Part shown: one piece after another, positions 39,074 through 51,709 of the stretch
How positions within the stretch are numbered: position 1 is the first letter of the stretch
Layout of the letters: each line of letters starts with the position of its first letter
Assembly: GCA_030264375.1 (NCBI GenBank)
Contig: JASCQW010000162.1
Location: 58,775,105-58,839,104, forward strand
Length of the DNA: 64,000 nt
Direction of reading: 5' to 3'
Origin: Carcharhinus longimanus
Taxonomy: Eukaryota
The notes under the pieces: generated by a model
Database searches by the model: none
What the model was told of the DNA's origin: nothing
Seen by the model: only the letters and a program-made list of their open reading frames with translations
Program-made: the position numbers and the translations under genes

Positions 39074-39372
39074 TAAAGTTTATTTATTAATGTCACAAGT
39101 AGGCTTACATTAACACTGCAATGAAGTTACTGTGAAAATCCCTTAGTCGCCATACTCTGCCACCTGTTCAGGTACGCTGAGGGAGAATTTAGCATGGTCA
39201 CTGCACCTAACCAGCATGTCTTTCAGACTGTGGTAGGAAACTGGAGCACCCAGAGAAAACTGATGTAGACACAGGGAGAACATGCTGACTCTGCACAGTG
39301 ACCCAAGATGGGAATCAAACCCAAGTCCCAGGCGCTGTGAGGCAGTAGAGCTAATCACTGTGCCACCATACC
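39074..39372 (-). mobile_element. HE1-headed V-SINE with alternative 3' tail
   Basis: Reverse-complement paralog of 37828-38112. Confidence 0.88.
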
Positions 39373-40179
39373 TCCTGAGGGATCATGTGAGGGACAAGTG
39401 AAGGCTTTAAACCTGTGGACAGCCTGTTATTCCATCTGGGTGGATTATTTATATTTCTGGTTCATGGGGTTTTACCATCAGCTTTTCTTTGCAGCTGGTT
39501 TGCATTGTGTAGAATCTCCCTTTGAAGAAGGTGGAAGTTGAAACCATGAGCAATAGCGTCACTGATTACACCGTGAGCAATGCCAATCACTGATGTTGCG
39601 AACCAACCAGCAATCTGTCAAATGTTTTTTCTCTCTTTCAAACAGCAAGCAGAGAATCAATCTGACTGCTCTGCCAGAGCTGCCACTTTCAATGTGGGTG
39701 AACTAAAGGTGTGGCAGCCTTGCCACCCACCTGCTGCCAGTCCACATGTGGTACGCTGATGTACGAGACAAAATGCTGATTGGCGAGCTGCAGTGCGCTC
39801 TCTGACTTTGTGGAAGGGTCGAGACAGATGGGATCAGTTGGGTGAGGGGTTTGCCAGCTCAATTATACACTCAATGCACTTCAATTATTCTTGTAATTAT
39901 CAAAAAAAACTAATTAAGAAGCATGGAATGATCACTTTATTAATACGGATTGAATGAATCAGTACTGGAGGGTACCTTGGTTCTCCAATGTCCTAAAAAA
40001 TGTAGGTCAACTGAAACACGTGACAAAAGTAAATAGTCTATTGAATAGAAAGGGAAGAGTAAAGCCATTGTTGTTGTGTCAAGAAACGAGGCAATAAGAG
40101 ATGACAATTTCAAAAATCAGCTATAAAGAACACATTTTCTATGAAAAGATGTCAAAAAAAGTCTGTCAAAAAGCATTAA

Positions 40180-40740
40180 CATCCTGCCATTTGGAGCCAA
40201 GACCAGACAGATGTAATATTACACTTCCATTCGCATTTCAACCTGACGAATGCTACCTATAATAATCCGACTATTACATATCATGTCATTTCTCTCCCCG
40301 TCGATTTTTTTTTTATCGTTAATTTTAAAATTGACAAGAGAATTTCACTGAAGACCGATGCATTTTTCGGCTGCAAACTCATGATATTTTAAAAGCTGTG
40401 AAAATGCTGTCTAAATGGTTTTCGCAGCACAGCGTCTGTGAGCAGAGGCTATGCCAGCAGATTCGGATATCTGCAGCATTAGAAAAGCTGCTGCGTAACC
40501 AAGTGATTAAGTTATGAATTGGTTCTGGTGTTTGGCTTCACAGATGGTATAAATATTGTCAAGCACCGGGAGGAATCATGCACGCTATTTCTATTATGAG
40601 TGAATTTATTTTTCGCTGAAAAAAAAAGAGTAAAACACCCCGGGATTAGCAGGAACTCACCAGTGTTGGCGGGGGGAGTTGTTCCTGTTGTTTTAGTATA
40701 TAAATAGCACCGGCTGTGAAATCAGATCACTGATATGCAA
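40180..40740. promoter_or_regulatory. Candidate conserved non-coding/regulatory element with CpG retention, GC box and TATA-like motif
   Basis: About 18 CpGs counted by eye in ~500 AT-rich bp, with no TE recognised. ggcggggggag at ~40668 and TATATAAA at ~40697. Confidence 0.4.
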
Positions 40741-40904
40741 TACATTACCATGTCCATAGAAATATATAACACATTATAGGTTCAAGTAACTCTGCAGTAT
40801 CTTGTCCAAATGGGTGTTCTTCATGACCGTGAAACTTCAGTTAGGGTTTCCATAAAAATTGGTGTGTCTTCAAGATCTTTACTCGCAATGGGATTTACAA
40901 TAGA

Positions 40905-41112
40905 AACTACTGAGAGAGCTGTGAGAATGTGGAACTCGCTACACTGCAGTGACTAGAATAGGATGTAGTTAAGTGGAAGCCAGATAAGAACACATGGGAG
41001 AAGGGAATAAAAGGACACGTTGATGGGATGAGATGAAGTAGGGTGGAGAAAATGCTTGCATCCAGTATAAACACCTGCAAAGACTAGTAGAGGAATGGCC
41101 TGTTTCTGTGCT
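40905..41112 (+). mobile_element. Old CR1-like 3' end
   Basis: 'gtgagaatgtggaactcgctac' (RMWNSL) and the tail 'gaatggcctgtttctgtgct'. Confidence 0.65.
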
Positions 41113-43275
41113 CCAAAATGTTCCGCAATTCTCTCTAAACTACTCCACATTGAGGGCACCACAGTTAAGGCCAAAACAACACAGATCAGGAATCAAATCT
41201 GATGGTTGTCTGGACTGTATGGCTCACCATCTGCACAACAGGCAACATATTTCCTCACTGATCAATCGGCAAGACTGTTTCTTTGTATCTTTCAGATGCT
41301 CTGTGTAGATTTCTAAGCAAGGTCTAAATCAAACCAATCTTTTGCAATGGCATGTCCAACTCAAACTTTAGTTATTGTTGTGCTCTGTTCCTTCATTGAA
41401 GCCAGATTTGGAACTAACTCTTGATTAGTGCAAAAGGAGGACAACAACTGGTTTTCAATCAACTACTTTTCACAATCATTTAAGTATTTATACTATTCAG
41501 ATATGGAATGAAACTGTACAATGTAGTTTTGGTAAGTAACAAGTCAATGAGCTCAGTTTAAAGTCCTCCCTTGCCAGCATAACAGCATAATCCACACACT
41601 ATATATAAGTTAACCATCTCATCAAAAAGCAGACAATGGAATTTCATTCAAATGCTCACGCATTCTAACTTTGCGGAATTTAATCCAATTTTAGATCAAA
41701 TGGGAAAGATGTATAAACAGTAAATTATTTTACAGCTGAGAGATTCATATTGGTATCAAATATTTCTTAATCAATCACTAAGTTTATTCTTAAAAAGCAG
41801 TCTTTTCGAAAATAATTAGATTTGACTTGCGTTCAGTGAGAAGACGACATGGGAGGCTTCATAAAGCTGTGGAAGTTTTTTTTAGTTTGACAGGTTTAAT
41901 CTCATTAGGTATCTAATTCCCTACTCTCAGATTTACAAACTGTAATGGGATACTTCAACTCTTTCCTCCACTTTCCGAAGCAATTGATATGTTCAGTAAT
42001 TGAGTAGATATGCACAAAGCATTTTATTTAAAAAATACTCCTAACCAGCTAAATTAGCAGCCTTTTGAGACCTGTAGATATTTACCCAGCACTTGACCAA
42101 ATCCAAAAGCACTTCCTATTATTGGACCGTGATAGTTTTGTTCAGATGAAATAAGCTGACAGTTGGTATGATGGATTATCGAGGTATAAAGACAACTCCC
42201 TAGGCAAAATATTCTATTTCAAGAGTGCAGTGTTGCTGAGTACATCTTAATAGAGTTTTTGACACCCTCTGCGCTTTGTGCCTAATGGACGCTTTAGTGT
42301 AACATGCGTGTAAATTTTTAGCAAGATAATGAATCAAAGACTGTTGAAAATTAACTCTTAAAAAATAATAAATTTCACTCACAGTAGCTAACATGACAAT
42401 AGAGAGACAATTTAAGTAGTTCAGATTTATTCTATTTCTCATTTGGGAAAAATAATTCTTAAAAGTACAGGGTTTTTACATTACAGTCTTATTTCAAATG
42501 ACCAATTCTTCTTAGTGAAAGCATTTGGGTCGAAACAATTGCCACTGGTTCCATTGCATGTCATTAATTCAATGAAGTTATATATATGAGAAACAGTTGC
42601 CATTTTGTCAGGAGCTGAACAGTGAATTGGAATTGAAACTTGGTCAAGGTGGGCGAAACATCTGTCAGTCTGACCAAACCTAAATTAAACTTGAATCACT
42701 TCTGGGTCATTTTTGTACTGGACTAAAAATTTGTCCATCAGGGAAAGGTACAGAGTTCCTGGCAGGCAAAGGTTTAAGATGATAGTTAAAAAAAAGTGGC
42801 ATTGCTAATTTCTTCACGTGGGCATGTATCCTGGTCTTCAATAGCGTCACAATAGCTACAAACAGCAGTAAGTCAAACAAAAATATATTAACTTCCCAAT
42901 GAGCAGATTTGATTGACTGTTCTCAAAAATTTTATCTATTTTCCAATCTGTGTGTGAGCACTTGTGTGCGTTACTGCTTTTGAGAAGCAAGGACTTACAG
43001 TTTATAATACGAATGCTGGGAGTTATATCTGTGCTGGATAATAAATCTCTGTCATTGCCTCAAAAGTGTGGGCATGAAAGTGTTAATAAGCAACCTGTAC
43101 ATTGTTGTTAAACAAAAGACATTGTAACGTGGTTGTCAGTAAATGAAGAGAATAGCATCTGAAACTTAACTACTGAGTTTTTGTAATGTAGAAATAGAAC
43201 AAAATCATGATAAAATTGCCAGATTGGAATTTGCCGAATGTTTGTTATTACAGATGTTAACATTTTGATATTGAT

Positions 43276-44172
43276 GAGCACAATCTAACGGCCCTGTTAG
43301 CTGCAGGCACAGTCCCGTAATGGCCGCTACATCTTACAAGCGACGAAAAATTAGACTTGCGTCAGTGGGAAGCGAGCTCTCAGCTTGAGATCTCCAACAA
43401 GGGCATGAACATTATTTTAATTGATCTAAATAAATTTTAATATAATTAATGAGTTTGATGCTGTAGCATCCACCCACAACATATTTTCTCCCTGGCGGTG
43501 TAACATCAATAAGAAGTTTCACAACACCAGGTTAAAGTCCAAAGGTTTATTTGTAGCAAACGCCACTAGCTTTTGGAGCGCTGCTGTTCCTAGCCAGTTC
43601 TGAAAGCTAGTGGCATTTGCTACAAATAAACTTGTTGGACTTTAACCTGGTGTTGTGAGACTTCCTACTGTGTTTACCCCAGTCCAACGCCGGCATCTCC
43701 ACATCAGGTGTAACATCACGCAGGCATGAATTACTACTGGTTTTCAAAAGGGAAAACCAGTAGTGATAATGCCGGGGCATGGAGGTGCTTGTGGGACCTG
43801 AGGCTTGAGGGACAAGGCTTGGCATTTCCCCACATCACCCTGGAAGAGTCCTCTGATATTGGCATTGTGATGGAGAGGGGTTATCCCCATCGCTGCTGGG
43901 GCAGGGTGGATCCCGATGCCTGTGTGAAGAGGGGTGGGCTTAATTTTGAGATCAGGGCACCCTGTAAAAAAGGTGCCTCAATCTCAGAATCCAGGTTTTG
44001 CCAGTATGTTTATGGGCCCACCCACCTCCAGCTGGCTGTGCAATCCTCACCAGCACTTTAAAATTGCACAGTGCTGTTAAATCAGGCAAGAAAAGGTGCA
44101 TGAGAAACCAGAAAATTTCACACTGCTTTCCTTGCCTGATCTAACACTCCCTGCAATTGGGAAAATTGCACC
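43276..44172. mobile_element. Long Harbinger-like MITE (host of the fold-back insertion)
   Basis: Ends 'gagcacaatcta..' / '..gggaaaattgcacc'; GC-rich interior similar in style to 48141-48950. Confidence 0.45.
43497..43718 (+). mobile_element. Second fold-back insertion with 12-bp TSD (same family as 5637-5811)
   Basis: Arms at ~43507-43573 and 43603-43670. Tail 'tgtttaccccagtccaacgccggcatctccacatca'. Direct repeat ggtgtaacatca at 43497-43508 and 43707-43718. Confidence 0.88.
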
Positions 44173-45145
44173 GCATATTTTTAGTGATATTGATGTTATA
44201 GTATGTTCTTTGATCAACATTTTTAGAACAATTTACATACTGGCCTTCTTCATGGACGTTTTACTAAGCAGAACATTAGACACCGAATAATGTATTTTTA
44301 AAGTAACGCGAAATGATTGCTTGGTGGACAGACAGCTGACAGGAGGAGTGTGAAGTTGTGGACTGAGGCCATGCTCAGTCAGAGAGTGAACAAGCCCAGG
44401 TGTGTAGGCAAAAACTAGTCAAACGGTACCTACATTGAGAAGAAAACACCAATCTCGCGTGGTTTGAATGGTACAATCAGGATGCAGGCAGCTGTGACAA
44501 CCCCAAGGACCCATGATCTCATTGGAAGGTAACTTGAGGCTGAAACCACTGTGCCAATAAGCATACAACATCATTTGCAGGTCCGATAGAATGGTATAAG
44601 AACCAGATATGCAGCAGACTTCTGGCTGCAATCGTAAGAGAGGAGAACCTAGTTAGTTAGCAACATGAGCGACAGAACAGGACAGTTTGATCTTCTCTGT
44701 CTTTCTAGAAACTAAGCAATAGGATATCCAGTATACATTAGCAGATATTTATCAGTATATTACATTGATATGCAAAAGGATTTGGGGTAATAAAGATATG
44801 GCTTGTAATAAAACTGTACATTGAGTCACTGATATCCCAATTTGATTTCTGAATAACAAGGGTTAAGTAACTATTCCACGGAAGGAGATAAGTCTGAGAT
44901 AGGAAGGAAGGATGAAAATTCCTGGCCAGTAGAATAATGCAACTTCAATCACCGTGTTTTACTCTTACCTGCTCATCTATGTTTAAGTCTCTGGGTGAAA
45001 CATTGTTTTGGGAAATTAGTAGAATTGGTTCTGCTTGAGTTTGGAAGGAAGCCATATTCTAAACATTATGTGGGTGGAATAAAATAGTTGCCATGGGCAG
45101 CAGATGTGGAGAACAATACCTAGGCTGATGGAGAGCTCTTCCATT

Positions 45146-46011
45146 CATAGAATTCTAAATATGCAGAAGGAGGCCATTCGGCCTATCAGTCTGCAGCAAC
45201 TCTCTGGCAGAGCATCTTAGCCGGGCAAACCCCATTCTCATGACCCCGCTAATACCCCTAACCTACACATTATTGGACAATAAGGGGCAATTTAGCATGG
45301 CCAATCCACCTAAATCGCACATCTCTGGACTGTGGGAGGAAACCAGAGCACAAAGAGAAAACACACACAGACATGGGGAAAACATGCAAACTCTACAGTC
45401 GTAGAATCATAGAAACCCTACAGTGCAGAAAGAGCCATCTGGCCCATCAAATCTGCACCAACCACAATCCCACACAGGCCCTACCCCCATATACCTANNN
45501 NNNNNNNNNNNNNNNNNNNNNNNNNNNNNNNNNNNNNNNNNNNNNNNNNNNNNNNNNNNNNNNNNNNNNNNNNNNNNNNNNNNNNNNNNNNNNNNNNNNN
45601 NNNNNNNNNNNNNNNNNNNNNNNNNNNNNNNNNNNNNNNNNNNNNNNNNNNNNNNNNNNNNNNNNNNNNNNNNNNNNNNNNNNNNNNNNNNNNNNNNNNN
45701 NNNNNNNNNNNNNNNNNNNNNNNNNNNNNNNNNNNNNNNNNNNNNNNNNNNNNNNNNNNNNNNNNNNNNNNNNNNNNNNNNNCCCTATCCCTACACATCA
45801 CAGGACACTAAGGGGCAATTTTAGCATGGCCGATCAACCTAACCTGCACATCTTTGGACCGTGGGAGGAAACCAGAGCTCCTGGAGGAAACCCACACAGA
45901 CAAGAGGAGAATGTGCAAACTTCACACAGTGACCCAATCCAAGAATCGAACCCAGGTCCCTGGAGCTGTGAAGCAGCAGCAGTGCTAATCACTATGCTAC
46001 CATGCCGCCCA
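45146..46011 (-). mobile_element. Two adjacent HE1 V-SINEs (45146-45400 head-truncated; 45403-46011 with N-gap)
   Basis: Two tails and two V-domains, but one head (at ~45930-46011). Confidence 0.88.
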
Positions 46012-46489
46012 ATCACCTAACTCTACTTTGGAACCGTGGATCTTCTTTGCATCTCTTCACTGTGCAAAAGTCACTTCTGTTTACGAGCCATCAGCTTTAC
46101 ACAATTGGTTAAGTTTGCTTTCTCCTTGAAGGGGATTGAGATTCCGATAACAAATCTTTCTCATGTATGAAATGGATCTTAAAAAGAGGTATACATCTCT
46201 GAAGGATATATTGGTTTAATTCAGTACATACAATGGCCCAGTGAGTGTGGATGAGAGCTTAACTACACACAACTCATTTCCACATGACTTCAAAACTTGA
46301 CTTTTTTAATGTCAACTGAGGTGAGACTGCATCTGAAGTTTAGTAAATCTGAGCGCTCGATCCCACTATCTGTATTTTTCAGCTGTGAAGTGTTTGGATT
46401 ATGTTGGAATTTAAGTTAAACAAAAACACAAGCATTTCCTTCCATCTGACTGTCATCATCCCAAAAGAATATGATGATTTAAACTACAA

Positions 46490-47790
46490 GTGTATTTCTA
46501 GAGTACTAAAGGAAGCAGTCCTGGAAATAATGAATGTATTGGTGGTTATATAGAATCTATAGACTTTGGGTCAGTAACTGCAGATGGGAGGGCAGCTAAT
46601 GTAAGTTAATGTATTTAAAAAGGCAAGTAGAGAGAAAATAGGAATTTATAGACCAGTCAGCCGGACGTCAGTCAGGATTGGACACAGTCAGCATGGATTT
46701 ACANNNNNNNNNNNNNNNNNNNNTCTACTGCAGTTCCTCAAGGATCTAACTAGTAGACTTGATGAGATGAAAGCCAGTGGACGTGGTTTATTTGGACTTG
46801 CAGACAAAGTCCCACATAAGAAATTAGTATGTAAAATTAAAGCACATGGGATTGGGGGTAGTACATTGAGATGAATAGAAGGCTGGTTGGCAGACCAGAG
46901 TAGGAATTTACAGATCTTTTTCCAAATGGCAGGCTGTGACTAGTGGGGTATCGTANNNNNNNNNNAGAATGAGTGCTGGGACCCCAGCTATTCACAATAT
47001 ATAATAATGATTTGGATGAGGGAACAAAATGCAATCTCTCTAAATTTGCTGGGTGGGAGAGTGAGCTTTAAGGAGGTTGCAGAGATGCTTCAGAATGATT
47101 TGGATAAGTTGAGTGGGTGGGCAACTGCATAGCAGATGCAATGTAATCTGGATACTTTGGTAACAAAAACTGGAAAGCAAACAATTATCTGAATGACAAT
47201 CAATTAAGAGAGGAATGTGCAATGAGACCTGAGTGTCCTCATAACACCAAATTGCTGAAGGTGAGCATGCAGATACAGCAGGCGGTAAAGAAGGCAAATG
47301 ATTATGTTGCCTTTGTAGCGAGAGGATTTGAGTACAGGAGCAATGATATCTTGCTACAATCATACAAGGCCTTAGTGAAGCCACACCTGGAGTATGGTGT
47401 GACGTCTTAGTCTCCTTATCTGAAGAAGGATGTTCTTGCTATAGAAAGAGTTTACCAGACTGATTTCTGAGAAGAGAGATGGAATCCATTAGAATTATAT
47501 TCTCTGGAGTTTAGAAGAATGAGAGGGGATCTTTACCCAGAAATTTCTTCACCCAAAGAGCAGTAAGCCTGTGGAATTCACTACCACAGAAGGCAGTTAA
47601 GGCCAAATTATTCTATATTTTCAAGAGGAAGTTAGATATAGCTCTTGAGGATAAAGGGATCAAGGGATATGGGGGTGGGGAGAAAGCTAGAATAAGTTAC
47701 TGAGTTGGATGATCAGCCGTAATCATAATGATTGGTAAAGCAGGCTTGAAGGACTGAATGGCCTTCTCCTGCTCTTATTTTCTATGTTTT
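46490..47790 (+). mobile_element. CR1 LINE RT plus 3' end (decayed)
   Basis: 'GIYRPVS', 'SQHGFT', 'VDVVYLD', 'LLQSYKALVKPHLEYGV'; tail 'gaatggccttctcctgctc..tttctatg'. Confidence 0.92.
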
Positions 47791-48141
47791 TAGAAACATG
47801 TGAAAACTAACAAACTAATTCTGACTTAATTTACATACCATACAAAGAAAAATCATTGACCAGACTGCATTCAAACTTCAGCTTCAGTGCACTTGACTGG
47901 AGCTGCAGTTAATTATCAAAAACCTCTATGTTTAAACAATTTCACTGAAGCACTACTGACAATCGATAAAGGTGCACTCATTTCTCTGACAAGCAAGCAA
48001 AAAAGAGACATAGCATGCAACACCGCAGAATTGTAATTCTGTCTTTCCAGGTCAAGTTGGGCAATCAAGAAAAGCATTTGGTATCCTATCTCTAAAACCT
48101 GGTCAGGATCTCGTGTAGTTTGGGTAGCCTTAATCTAAATA

Positions 48142-48950
48142 GGGTGGAATTCTCCCAAAAAACAAATGACTAACTTTCATAACAGTGAAAATAATGGAGC
48201 AAAACACGCCAGTTTCTCAGGCGACACTCTTTACCATAATCCTCCCATACTCTGTCACTTGGGAGTTTTGCACTGGTACTGCAAGGGTAGAGGGAGGTGG
48301 GGGGGGGGAGCCTAAACACGCTGGTGAGCTCAGCTTCAAAGCGCTCGGGCTCCCTTTCACAAAGACACCCTGATCTCACAGCGCACTGGGAGACTCCTTC
48401 TCTCCCCCCATGAACATCAGGATGCACCTCTTTGCCGTCATGGTCCCCCACCCTCCTCCCCAGCATGCATCACAGGCATCAGGGCCCTCCCAGTGGGTCC
48501 CCTGCCTAACCCCTGACAGGCCCCCTTTGTACCCCCCCCCAGCACACTGACAGTGTCCAACTGGCATTGCCATCTATCCAGTGAGCACTGCCAAGTGGAC
48601 ACCACCAGACCATGCCCCTGAACACCTGTGGGCTTCAATGACCTCTGATCACCTTGGCGTGGGCATCACACCAGCATCCACTAGTGGAAACCAGTAGCGA
48701 TTCATGACATTTCCCCGGCATTCTCGAAGACTGGAGAATCCCGTGTGCTGGGCATCTAATGGGCTATGCACATCTCAATGCTTTTTAAAATATGCTAATC
48801 AGATGCAATCTGTTTAAGGTTATTAGAAATGGGCTGGGAAGACCACAAACAGAATGGCACCGGGCACAAAACCGAGTTTTAGGTTTGCACACTATTCTCT
48901 GTGATCAACATAATCTATGCCAGGCATGGTGAGGTCAGAGAATCCACCCC
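48142..48950 (+). mobile_element. Long Harbinger-like MITE
   Basis: TIRs gggtggaattctc / gagaatccaccc. A related copy in opposite orientation lies at ~51710-52659 (shared 'ggcattgcc', 'tgaggtcccc'-like interior and 'aaaaaattctaagt'-type end). Confidence 0.65.
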
Positions 48951-49989
48951 CCCCCCCCCCCCCCACAACAATATGTAGCAAAAAGGCCATTATAGTGAAT
49001 TGGTACTGAATGATTCAGAGACAACTACATATTTCACAATGACAAATAGGATTTTGCAGCATTAAACAGTCCACTCAGCATCCATACAAAAATATGGTTT
49101 CAGATTGCTAGATCTCTCATTTGACTCCTTAATACATGGCAAGGTCAGAAATTCTAAAAACCTTAGTCATCCCAAGCAGGAAGGTGTGTTCAGATTTGGA
49201 TTATACCACCTGAATAAAGATCAAATCTGAATAAATCTAAATACTTTTCTATTTCATCATTAATCAGTCTAAGATGTTATGAAAGCAGAGGGATATATTG
49301 GCACTGCCTCAGCACAAACAGTGAAGGAAAATGAGTATTCTGCTGTTGGGTTGAGACACTCTCTCAGGGAAATGCAACAGGAACACAAATACTACGTTTT
49401 ACTTAATCAACTTGTAGCCCATAACATTGTAAGATGCAAAATGGAAGAAAAACTCATTCCCTTTTAAAAGAAATGCACATCAATTTATCATGATAATTTT
49501 AACAAAAATCAGAAAAAAAAAATCACACTGTGTCATGTAACTACAATACTTAAAGGTTGGAGTGAAAGGTAACAGAAAATGTTATCAGCGTGTAAGTTAA
49601 CACATAAAGCTTGGCAAATAAGGTTGATAAACTGCAGGCAAAGATAATCACATGGGAACATGCTGCTTTGTTGCGGCGATACATGTCCCAAAGAACAACA
49701 AACGGGTACTAAATATTTCAGGATATATAGTGTTCTGGATAGAAAGGAGGAGAATGAGTCGTATTGATCATGGAGAATATTACAGTTCTGGGGAGAGAGA
49801 ATGTTCTTAGAGGCATTAGGAACAGAATCTGTTTGGTGAGAGTTTTGTCTGTATAGCCTGCCAAGAAACAATACTTTTGCTGTACCCCAATACATGTGAC
49901 AACAATATATCAAATCCTATTGGCTGCAGTTTTCACATCACCAACTAATGGGGAAAATACACACTGCAAAATTACAGGGAAAATACAGA

Positions 49990-51690
49990 GAGGTACAAAA
50001 AATACAGGATTGTGATAATGGGGAATCTTTAATTATCCTAATATTGACGTGATGACAATTGTGTAAAATGCCTTTGGTGTAGAGGAAAGTTTTTAAAGTG
50101 TGTTGAGCAGAATTTTCTTAATCAGCATAGTCCTGGCCCAAAGCAGGAAGCAGCAGTGTGGACCTGATTGTAGAGAATGAAGTGGGCCAAATGGATCAAG
50201 TGTCAGAAGGGAAACATTTAAGAAATTGTGGACAAAGTATCACAAGGTTTAGATTAATTATAGAGTAAAAGCAATCCCAAATACTTAATTGGAAAAAAAG
50301 CCAAATTCTATATGGTTGAGAACTGATCTAGCCCAGCTAAATTGTAATCAAAGATTGGCTGGCAAAACTGTAGTGGAATGATGAGTGCCTTTAAAGAAAA
50401 GGCAGGTCAGGTTTGAGGTATATTTCAATGAGGTGGAAAGGTAAGGCAAACAAATCCAGATGTCCCTGGATGGCAGAAAAAAGATGCAGGTGGAGCAGAG
50501 AAAGGATACATATTACAGGTGTTAGATTGATGGCACAGGTGAAAACCAGGCTTTCTTTATTTAGTCATGGGATATGGGCATCACTGGCATATATTGCCCC
50601 ATCCCAAATGTCCCTCAAAAAGGTGGCAATGGGCTGCTTTCTCGAATTGTAGCAGTCGCTGTGCTGTAGGTACACCCAGACAGCTATTAGGATTGGAGTT
50701 CGAGGATTTTGACGCAGTGACAGTGAAGGAATGGTGATATATTTGCATGTCAGGATGGTGAGTGTCTTGGATGGGAACTTTCAGGTGATAGTGTTTCCAG
50801 AAATCTGCTGTTCTTGTCCTTCTAGATGGTAGTAGTTGTGTTTGGAAGGTGCTGTCTAGAGAGCCTTGCTGAGTTCCTGCAGTGCATCCTGTAGATGATA
50901 CACAATGGCTGCCACTGTTCATTGGTGGTGGAGGGAGTGAATGTTTGTGGATGGGGTACCAATCAAGCGGGTTACTTTGTTCTGGATGGTGTCAAACACT
51001 TTGCGTATTATTGGTGCTGCACTCATCCAGGCAAGTGGAGATTGTTTCATCACACTCCTGACTTATGCCATGTAGATAGTGGCCAGACTTTGAATTAGGA
51101 GGTGAGATATTCACTCCCAGCTGCTGACCTGCTCTTGTTGACACAGTATTCATGTGGAGCTCCAGTTCAGTTTCTGTTCAATGGTAACCAACACACTGTT
51201 GATAACGGATAATTCAGCAGTGGTGATGGCATTGAATATCACAGGGAGATGGTTAGACACTTGTTTGATGGAAATGGTCATTGCCTGGCACAAGTTTATT
51301 TGAACCCATGGAATAAAAGGGAAAGTGTCAGCATACATATGAAGTTTGAGGTGTGAAAGGAAACAGACATATTGAAAGTTTTTTTTGGATGGGAGAAAGG
51401 TATATTCTAGAGTTCCCCTGGGGCTTGGTGTTAGGGCCTTCATATAAGGATAGCTTTATAATGCAAACAAGGAAATCATGAAGAAAAACATTGTTGCATG
51501 GTAATGCGCTGTCTCAGAAAGTGGAGGAGGCAGATGCAGTCATGGCTTTCAAAACGGAATTGGCTAAATACCCAAAGGGAAAATATTGGGCATTGGTGAA
51601 GGGTCTGAGGAGTGGGACATCCTCTTTCAGAGAGCAAGGATACTCAAGATAGGTTAAATGATCTCCTTTGATCCTGTACCCATTCTATAA
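49990..51690 (+). mobile_element. Old CR1 LINE (endonuclease/linker ... 3' end) interrupted by a Crack/L2-like LINE at 50553-51292 (minus)
   Basis: 'IMGNL*LS' region resembles GDFNYP, and 'FLKCVEQNFLNQH'. The inserted segment is the reverse paralog of 7393-8028. Confidence 0.8.
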
Positions 51691-51709
51691 TTCTTAGTAG
51701 GAAACACCA

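Noticed and set aside
45373-46020. 215-aa ORF and apparently enlarged SINE
   Set aside because: Inflated by a 285-N gap inside an HE1 copy whose flanks are nearly contiguous in other copies; probably a gap-size artefact.
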